Of a stretch of 64,000 bases of DNA, positions 53,831 through 64,000 are shown one piece after another. This DNA comes from Octopus vulgaris (lineage: Eukaryota): contig OX597831.1 in the NCBI GenBank assembly GCA_951406725.2, positions 57,536,001-57,600,000 of the forward strand, in the 5' to 3' direction. A program made the position numbers and the translations under genes. Position 1 is the stretch's first letter, and every line of letters starts with the position of its first letter. A model generated the notes under the pieces. That model did no database searches, was not told the origin of the DNA, and saw only the letters and a program-made list of their open reading frames with translations.

Positions 53831-54195
53831 ATAAATTTGACATGGGTGGTTCTTTCTTGTCTTGGGATTCACGGTCAAACAGCTGGGTGGAATTGTGAGA
53901 AAAATTACACAGATGTGTAGAATGATCCAGTGTGATGCAGGGCTTTGTATTTTTTCACAGGTCCCATAGTTACGGAGATAATCTGCTATAATAATACTCT
54001 TGTGTTTACGAATGAGAAAGGGATGATGAAAATTGTACGCTGAATAAATAAATCAAACAGAGTTTCAACTTGTGCCTGGTGCAGCCTATAGCTCACCAGT
54101 CCTCAGTCAAACCGCGTAACCCATGCCAACATGGGAAGCGGACGTTACATGATGATGATAGTATATATGTATATACATATATGTATATACATATA

Positions 54196-54244
<49 letters not shown>

Positions 54245-54619
54245 GTAGGAGTGGGTGTGTGGTAAGTAGCTTGCTTACTAACCACATGGTTCCGGGTTCA
54301 GTGACTTCTACTATAGCCTCGGGCTGACCAAAGCCTTGTGAGTGGATTTGGTAGACGGAAACTGAAAGAAGCCCGTCGTATATATGTATGTATATATGTG
54401 CGTGTATGTTTGTGTGTCTGTTTGTCCCCCTAGCATTGCTTGACAACCGATGCTCGTGTGTTTATGTCCCCGTAACTTAGCTGTTCGGCAAAAGAGACCG
54501 ATAGAATAAGTACTGGGCTTACAAAGAATAAGTCCTAGGGTCGAGTTGCTCGACTAAAGGCGGTGCTCCAGCATGGCCGCAGTCAGCTGACTGAAACAAG
54601 AGAGTAAAGAAAAAGAGTA

Positions 54620-55436
54620 ATATACATATATGTATATATATATATGTATATGTATATATATATGTATATATATATATGTCTATATGTATATATATGTGTA
54701 TATATATACTTGTGTATATATATATATAGTTATGTGTATATATATATGTATATATATATAAATGTATATATATATATATATATAAATATGTATATATATA
54801 TGTATATAAATATGTATATATATGTATATAAATATGTATATATATATGTATATAAATATGTATATATATAGGTATATAAATATGTGTATATATTTGTATA
54901 TGTGTATATATTTGTATATGTGTATATATTTGTATATGTATATATATGTGTATATGTATATATATGTGTATATGTATATATACATATGTATACATATATG
55001 TATATATACATATATATATACATATATGTATATATACATATATGGATATATAAATATATACATATATGGATATATAAATATATATGGATATATATATATA
55101 TACATATATGGATATATATATATACATATATATATATATTTATATATACATATATATGTATACATATATGTATATATACATATATATATACATATATGTA
55201 TATATACATATATGGATATATATATATATACATATATCTATATATACATATATCTATATATATATATACATATATGGATATATATATATATATACATATA
55301 TCTATATATACATATATATATATACATATATGTATATATACATATATATATACACATATATGGATATATATATATATAAATAAATATATATGGATATATA
55401 TATATATATACATATATATGATCATCATCATATATA

Positions 55437-55494
<58 letters not shown>

Positions 55495-55790
55495 TATTTA
55501 TATGTATATATAAACATGTATATATTTGTTTGTATATATGTATGTATATATGTGATTTTTTTTCCTCCGTCTTCCCTTCCATGGATCTCTCCTTTTCCTA
55601 TGTTTCTGACGATGAGCTCCGCTCGAAACATTAAATACTCCTTCTTTCCTTCCATTCCTGAGTGTCCAGTAACATACTTGTTCCACGTCCTCGTGTTGTT
55701 GTGTTTTCTTGTTTGGATTAACTTTATACATGTATATATATGTATGTATATGTGTATATGTATGAATAAGTATAAATATATCTATATATG

Positions 55791-55827
<37 letters not shown>

Positions 55828-55898
55828 ATATTTATGTGTGTATATATATCCATATGTGTATATATATGTATATATATATATATATATCCATATATACG

Positions 55899-55978
<80 letters not shown>

Positions 55979-56500
55979 ACATATATCCAAATGTGTGTGT
56001 GTGTATATATATATGTATATAAGTATATATCTGTATATCTATGTATATATGTACATATATACTTTCTTGAAAAGCTACAGATTTCCACCTTGTTTGACAT
56101 TTATGTGTTTACTTCGGTGTGTTTGTGTGTGTGTGTATAGGCGTATATATACATGTATAAATATATATATATATATTTGTTTATATATATATGTGTGTGT
56201 GTATGTATGTGTATATGTTTATATATATATACATATGTATGTATACATATATATGTATATATATATATAGATGCATATACATATATATACATATGTATAT
56301 ATATATGTATACATATTTATGTATGTATATACTTTTATATATATATATACACATATGTATGTATATTTATATATATATCTACATATGTATGTATATATAT
56401 ATATATGTGTGTACATATATATACATATATATATGTACACATATGTGTGTGTATATATATATAGATAGATAGATAGATATATACATATATATTATGCATG
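54620..56500. repeat. Compound TA/TG microsatellite interrupted by a repeat at 55550-55726
   Basis: Directly visible. Confidence 0.95.
55550..55726 (+). mobile_element. Dispersed repeat with a hammerhead-like core (homologous to 7430-7612)
   Basis: 55601-55637: UGUUU-CUGACGA-U-GAGC-ucc-GCUC-GAAAC-AUU-AAAUA. Confidence 0.6.
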
Positions 56501-56825
56501 CACATCTCGAGCCCCAATTATGCTGTAAACGAAAGTAGATGAGAAGAGAAATGTTGATAAAACGGTTAGCAGGAAACAACTAAAATGCAAATATACAGTA
56601 AATGTACATTTGTTATTCGTTTCCAGCCTGCCAGGTCCCTTAGGATGGGATTGTAAACTGGTAGCAAGCAGTTGGATTGACGCTTATTACATTAACGATG
56701 TCGATGTTCTACGATATTTACGGAGTTTTACTTAGAATTAACCTAGATTTTCGTTGTATTTGTAAGTGATACGTCAGATTCGTGTATTTCTGTTTACCAG
56801 GAGCTGTTTGTGTTTATGTACATAC

Positions 56826-56875
<50 letters not shown>

Positions 56876-58039
56876 GTGTACGTATATGTATAACAACGTG
56901 TAGTGTTCAGCAGCCGCTCTATTAAATCCTTTGGAAAAGGGTTACGGATATTATGTTAACCGTTGTTGATATTTTCTATGTATTTATCGACTTTTACTTA
57001 GAATTAACCTAGTTTTCAGCATTTTTGTAAACGATACGCTACTTTTGTGTATATTTGTTTACAAAAAAAAAGAGCCTGTGTATGTATACTTATGATTGTG
57101 TCTGTATGTGTATAATTATGTTTCCTACTAGACAACACTCTGCTTAACCCTTGAGAAAATTCAAACTTCTGAGATATATTTGCTCCATCTGGAAATCCAA
57201 AGTGATATTGTGTTTTTGAAGAGGAAAAACACATTTAATGAGAAATGCCAAATTCTGCATTTATCCTACACCTCTTTTTTCACAATATTTTGGAAGATAT
57301 GGGTAATTTGTTGTTATTATTTACCCAAGGTCAATCTGGATCTGTAATCAAAAACATTTCAGGCTGTGACTATACTCTCTACCATTATCCAGTGCCGTTT
57401 TTTCTTTAAGATTAAGGTGTAATTTGAGGGGAATGTGGTTTGCTATGTCAAAATGGTTGAATGGGTAATCTTCCGGTTTATGATCACAAAGTAAAAGTAA
57501 GAAGGAACCCTTTCGGTTGAAGATTACAGGGTGATGTTGAAAGGCAACCGGCAGTAAACATTGATGAAATGAAAGTGAACATTACCTGATTTATTATGAA
57601 ATAAAAATCAGTATATTATCGCTAAGTAGTTCTGGGTTCAGTCCCACTGCGTGGCACCTTGGGCAAGTGTCTTCTACTATAGCCTCGGGCTGACCAAAGC
57701 CTTGTGAGTGGATTTGGTAGACGGAAGCTGAAAGAAGCCCGTCATATATATGTATATATGTGTGTTTGTCCCACTAACATCGCTTGACAACCGATGCTGG
57801 TGTGTTTACGTCCCCGTAACTTAGCAGTTCGGCAAAAGAGACCGATAGAGTAAGTACTAGGCTTACAAAGAATAAGTCCTGGGGTCGATTTGCTCGACTA
57901 AAGGCGATACTCCAGCATGGCCGCAGTCAAATGACTGAAACAAGTAAAAGTATATGAGTTATTACTAACATTTGAATACAAAAGTATTTGTATTGTAGGG
58001 TAATAATGTCTAATACAATTAAAAAAATTGCACATGTGG

Positions 58040-58320
58040 TTTGTTTTCATGACTGCTGTACTAGCAAATTCTCATAGATGAGTTAGAAACAGTGTTTGAT
58101 GTCCCACATATGGTGAGATATTTGTCTTTTGATCTGCTCCACATACCTTCCGTAGTGTTTGTGTGTACTGTCGGGAGCCACTGGGGTTTATTTGTGAATG
58201 ATACAAAGATTTACGGAGATTTGTAAAGGTTGCTGAATAGTGTCAAATTTACCACGTTCACTTTGTGGCCGTAAACTGAAAGATTACCAGTCAGACGACT
58301 GCATAATGGTTCCCCTATCT
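58040..58320 (-). pseudogene. Merlin (IS1016/IS1595-like) transposase C-terminal relic
   Basis: Translates to GTIMQSSDW and VHTNTTEGMWSRSKDKYLTICGTS, resembling the Merlin SD-W and HTNTIEGxWSRxK motifs. Confidence 0.55.
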
Positions 58321-59029
58321 GAAAACACTAAGTGATGTAAATGAAGTGAAATAGCTTCTACCTGGAATTGAAATTGAGTTAAGGTACATGTAGAAATCCT
58401 GCCGTTATCTTGATAGATATAAGATTGTTAGAAGTTAATAGGGAACCATAAAATACAGAATTTCTTTTGAAATGGTATTTTTTGGATTTTTGAGAAGGCA
58501 TCAATTTCACATACGTAGTACAGAAGGTGCAGTCTTGAGAGAATGCATCTTTGAAAACTATGTTCTTTGTTAAACTCTTCAAAGTGTGTGGCAGCCTTGA
58601 GTGATGTCTATTTATCATCAAGAAGTTTACAGTTTTAAGTGTGTAACAATCTTGAAGACATCTATTATTTTCTGCCTTAACAAATTTCATCATGCACACC
58701 CTTATTTTTGTATGGGAGCATAGTGCATGTAGCTGAACTTGAACTAACAATCTATGTGAATGAAATACAGTAGTTGGTCTACTGAACTATGGATTTTATA
58801 ACAAAATAAAATCATTAATATACATACACACGCACACACACACATATATATATAGCAGATAAAAGGGATACAGGTAGTTACGGCAGGTCAGCGCTTCTGT
58901 GAATACCTGCAAACACAATGTATAGAATGTAAATGCTTCAGTGGTTTACAATAAGTAAGTTGTCATAATGGGACTCAGAGTTTCAAATGCCAGAGCTAAG
59001 AGCTATGATGCATTCTCATTGGTTATTAT

Positions 59030-59503
59030 GCATGTATGTATGTATATATGTATATATGTTTGCATGTATGCATATATGTTTGTAAGTATGCGTGCTTGTA
59101 TGTATATCCATATGTATATATATGTATGTGTATATGTGTATATATATGTATGCGTATGTGTATATATATATCTATATATGTATGTATATGTGTATATATA
59201 TATATATGTATGTGTATATGTTTATATATATGTATGTGTATATGTGTGTATATATATATATATGTATGTGTATATGTTTATATATATGTATGTGTATATG
59301 TATATATATATATATATGTATGTATGCATATATATGTATGCGTATGTATTTATATTTGTATGTGAATGTATGTATATATATATATATATGTGTATGTATA
59401 TATATGTTGGTGTATGTATATATATATATATATATATACATGTAGTTGTATGTATATATATATATATGTCTATATATATGTATGTGTATATATATCTATG
59501 TAT

Positions 59504-59545
<42 letters not shown>

Positions 59546-60079
59546 ATATAAAAGGAGAAAAAAACGGAGATTGGGAAGGCACTAATTGTCTTACTATTAA
59601 CAGCAAATAAATGATCATTCCTTACAGCTGTTTCGATTAATACTCAGTAAATATTAATCAAATTTTAAATGCATCTGACCTGAGCATAATATCTTCAGAG
59701 GTGGGGAAAAATATAGCCTTGGATGTTTTATATGTGTTTATGGATTCATTGTAGCAGACTGAATGATACTGTTTATGATTTATATTTTTATATGTTCAGG
59801 CAAGGGGTTTGCTGGTTGATTGGAGATAAGATAGATTAGGTAAATAGATTTAGAGTAAGAATGAGTAACTTAAATACAGATGATAGAGGAAATTTAAATA
59901 TAAATAAGGTAGGAATGTAATATTCGTTTATAATGTATAAATACAGTTAAGAAAATTTGTATATATGCAAGTACGCATGTATACATATACACACATATAT
60001 GCATTCATATTTTCATATATATACACAAACACATGCATATACACACACATATACATATATCGACACGTACACACATGTC

Positions 60080-60156
<77 letters not shown>

Positions 60157-60209
60157 AGGTACATGTGTAAACGCATTAATCCATATGCACACTCACAAAT
60201 GCATCTATG

Positions 60210-60244
<35 letters not shown>

Positions 60245-60408
60245 TTATACTTTTTACTCATCACCTAAAAGAAGTTAATATGTATGTATATTTTTGTATG
60301 TGTATATATGTCTGTATGTAGGTATATATATATATAGATATGTATCTATATATATTTATATTTATTTATGTATGTATATATATATGTATGTATACGTATG
60401 TATATATA

Positions 60409-60441
<33 letters not shown>

Positions 60442-60738
60442 GTATATTTATAAATGTATGTATATATATGTATATATTTATAAATGTATGTATATATATG
60501 TATATATTTATAAATGTATGTATATATATATGTATGCATATATATATGTATATTATTTATAAATGTATGTATATATATATGTATGCATATATATATATGT
60601 GTGTGTGTATGTGTATGTATATTTATATATATGCATGTATGGATACATGTATATACATATATGCATATATGTATATATTTCTCTATGCATGTATATAGGT
60701 ATATATATCTATGTATGTGTATATATATATATATCTAT

Positions 60739-60789
<51 letters not shown>

Positions 60790-60830
60790 TACACATACAT
60801 ATATATGTATATATAGATACATATATAATA
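59030..60830. repeat. Two TA/TG microsatellite blocks (59030-59550, 59960-60830)
   Basis: Directly visible. Confidence 0.95.
59620..59702 (-). ncRNA. Hammerhead ribozyme-like motif with palindromic AGCU loop III
   Basis: CCU-CUGAAGA-U...GAUUAAUA/UAUUAAUC-GAAAC-AGCU-GUA-AGG. Confidence 0.55.
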
Positions 60831-61464
60831 CTTCATTTATATTTACCATCTAGTTGTCTTACAAATTATGCAAATGCTTTGCGTCTAGTAGGTTACGTCT
60901 TCAGTTTCGTTCCATAGTTAAAACATCATTATTTACACAGAACCACAGCAAAATAACATTGCAGCTAATTACGGAGAATTTATTGCCTGAACTTGGTATT
61001 ATTTTGGCGGGAGATAACACTCAGGCATAAACGCTACTTAAATGAACAGAAGACGAGCTACATGTACACTTGGGCTAGAAAACAATGTAAACAATGTCCA
61101 GTGCTAACAAATCGTGAACCAGAAATTATTTTAAAACTGGTTTAATTGTCAGTTGGTGTTCTCGTTGAATCGCAAGTCAACCCTAATTGGACAGACCTAT
61201 GATTAAAGACATTCTAACCGCATTAGGTGTTTTGTTTTACTTTCTGATGTATAGACATTCGGGCATTATCCAGAAATGTTGATACTTTTTTTTAAGATGG
61301 TAAATGCATGTGATTTGCAGAATTAGCTGCTGTTTCTAGCTGTTTGAGCTGCATTTGGCTTGAAGTGCTGATGTTAGGTATAATTAGTTGATAGGATTCT
61401 TTCAGGGACTATCATGTTTAATTATTAGTGAAAAGGTTGAAACTACTTAAATACAAAGTATTCT

Positions 61465-61948
61465 TATCTCTTTACTGCCAACAAGGGGCTCCACACAGAG
61501 GGGACAAACAAGGACAGACTAACGGATTAAGTCGATTATATCGACCCCAGTGCGTAACTGGTACTTATTTAAACTGAAAAGGCAGCGAACTGGCAGAAAC
61601 GTTAGCACGCCAGGCGAAATGCGTAGCCGTATTTCGTCTGCCGTTACATTCTGAGTTCAAATTCCGCCGAGGACGACTTTGCCTTTCATCCTTTCGGGGT
61701 CGATAAATTAAGTACCAGTTACGCCCTGGAGTCGATGTAATCGACTTAATACATATGTCTGTCCTTGTTTGTCCCCTCTATGTTTAGCCCCTTGTGGGTA
61801 GTAAAGAAATAGGTACTTATTTAATCGACCCCGAAAGGATGAAAGGCAAAGTCGACCTCGGCGGAATTTGAACTCAGAATGTAGCGGTAGACGAAATACA
61901 GCTAACTATTTTGCCTGGCTTGCTAACGTTTCTGCCATCGTGCCGCCT
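61465..61948. mobile_element. SINE family B (minus) with a nested plus-strand copy
   Basis: Outer 18-bp TSD TTAAATACAAAGTATTCT (61447-61464 / 61949-61966). The inner copy at about 61581-61811 is flanked by duplicated GGTACTTATTTAA. Confidence 0.88.
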
Positions 61949-64000
61949 TTAAATACAAAGTATTCTGGTCAGGGGAAAGGTGCCAGTCTGTAAATGCCTT
62001 CCAACTACTATAGGTTTCAAATTTTAGCACAATGCCAGCAATTTTGGTTGAAGAGTTAAGTCGATTACATCAACCCCAGTGCTCAACTACTGCTTATTTT
62101 ATCAATCCCAAAAGTATGAAAGGCAAAGTCAACCTCAGTGGAATTTGAACTCAGAATGTGAGGATGAATGAAATGCCACTAAACACTCTGTCCGGCATGC
62201 TAGTGATTCTGCCAGCTTGCCACCTAAATAAAATAAGCAAGCCTCATTTTCAAGATTGCTAAGTGTTGTAAACCACTGCTTGTATGTTTATAATATCAAA
62301 GAATCACATAACATCGTCATTTTGAAGACAATTTGGATCAATTGAATCCACATTTACAGGACTTGAATCCACATTTACAGAAGATGTGGGTTTGAACCCC
62401 AGCTGTAGTCTTTGACCTTTTCTATTCAAAAGGGTTTTACAACCCTTTCTGAGTTCAAATTCCGCCGAGGTCGACTTTGCCTTTCATCATTTCGGGGTCG
62501 ATAAATTAAGTACCAGTTACGCACTGGGGTTGATGTAATTGACTTAATCCGTTTGTCCATCCTTGTTTGTCCCCTCTATGTTTAGCCCCTTGTGGGCAAA
62601 AAAAAAAAAATATTTACATACTATTATTATAGCTTTATACAATGTATCGTCCATATTTACGTTCTGGGTTTGAATCCCGCCGAGGTCAACTTTATGTTTT
62701 ATCCTTGTGGGGTCGATAGAAGAAGTACCAGTTGAGCACTGGGAACTTCACCTGAAATTACTGATGTTGGGTTAAAATTTGAAATGATTATTTACAGCTT
62801 TATATGTACTTTGAGATCTAGTTGCCAAAAAAAGAATTAACATGTAGGCGTAAGAGTGGCTGTGTGGTAAGTAGCTTGCTTACGAACCACATAGTTCCGG
62901 GTTCAGTCCCACTGTGTGGCACCTTGGGCAAGTGTCTTCTACTATAGCCTTGGGCCGACCAAAGCCTTGTGAGTGGATTTGGTAGATGGAAACTGAAAAG
63001 AAGCCTGTCGAATATATGTATATATATATATATATGTTTGTGTGTCTGTGTTTGTCCCACCCCCCAACATTGTTTGAAAACTGATACTGGTGTGTTTATT
63101 TTCCCCTTAGCAGTTCGGCAAAAGAGACCGATAGGATATGTCCTGGGGGCGATTTGCTCAACTAAAGGCGGTGCTCCAGCATGGCCACAGTCAAATGACT
63201 GAAACAAGTAAAAGAATAAAAGAAAAAAAAGAAACATTTTCTCAAAGTTTATAAATTTTTATGATGTTAACAATACCCCTATCCTCTCTGTCCCATCTAT
63301 TTTTCTCCTCATCCCCACCTCACATTTCATCCTTCTAACACCCATCACTTCTCTCACCTGATAACAGAATAGGCACATACTAACCCCCACCCCAGGTTTT
63401 CTCAGTTGTCTTTCTTACTCCACCCCAAACCACTTTCATTTCCCATTATCTTCTCTCCCACCCCGTCCCACAAATTGTCTCCACCAATCATTTCCTTTCT
63501 ACACCTTCTCTCACCTGTGTTGTTCTCCATCATTAACACCTTGTTTATCTGCTATCACTCACAGTGTCCTCATATTTACTGCCGACTCCCCTCTTCGTTC
63601 TTGAGCCTCTCCTGTATTTCTCTCACTCAGTCTAAACTTCCATCACCTCGCCTATTCTCACCACCCCCAATTTCCCCCAGGGTTTGTCCTGACACACTTT
63701 TGCCATAGTCTCTTACTATCACTCTTCATCTTACTCTCCATCTCGCTCTCCTTTGTTCTCCAACTGGAGTATCCATGTATTTACTTTACAGCAAGACCCC
63801 TATTTGTGTCCCTGTATACCTTTAATCTCTTAACTGACACAAAGCCTCACACCTTCAATATTATTCCCACCTCCCAGTTGAGGGATTTCTGGCTTTATTC
63901 TCTTGCAGGCTGCTCAGTGTCCCTGTCAGAGATGGTGCCATGTAAAAAGCACTGGTATTGGTGTAACATGAAAAACACCCAGTTTATTATGTTAAGTGGT

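Noticed and set aside
58379-58750. 123-aa minus-strand ORF
   Set aside because: No recognisable domain, non-ATG start and no supporting splice pattern; possibly part of the adjacent transposon relic.

Overview
AT-rich, repeat-dense animal genomic DNA. The SINE families, RTE 3' tails and very long (TA/CA/TG)n tracts point to an octopod cephalopod (inferred from repeat content). One host gene is clearly supported: a minus-strand SLC5A7/CHT1-like solute:sodium symporter. Its first five coding exons (28253 down to 17741) splice in frame with GT-AG boundaries, and its 3' half was not found in the window. The protein lacks two aromatic residues of the human CHT1 choline pocket (W62->I, Y91->I). The rest is a transposon graveyard: two tRNA-derived SINE families, RTE, CR1, CRE and Penelope-like retroelement fragments, and mariner, hAT and Merlin relics and MITEs. 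The most striking hidden layer is a set of at least 8 minimal hammerhead-ribozyme-like motifs from several sequence families, many inside inverted repeats and mostly on the minus strand. A repeated SINE-inside-SINE inverted structure and a 123-bp hairpin next to coding exon 2 also stand out. Nearly all ORFs in the supplied track are microsatellite or repeat artefacts.
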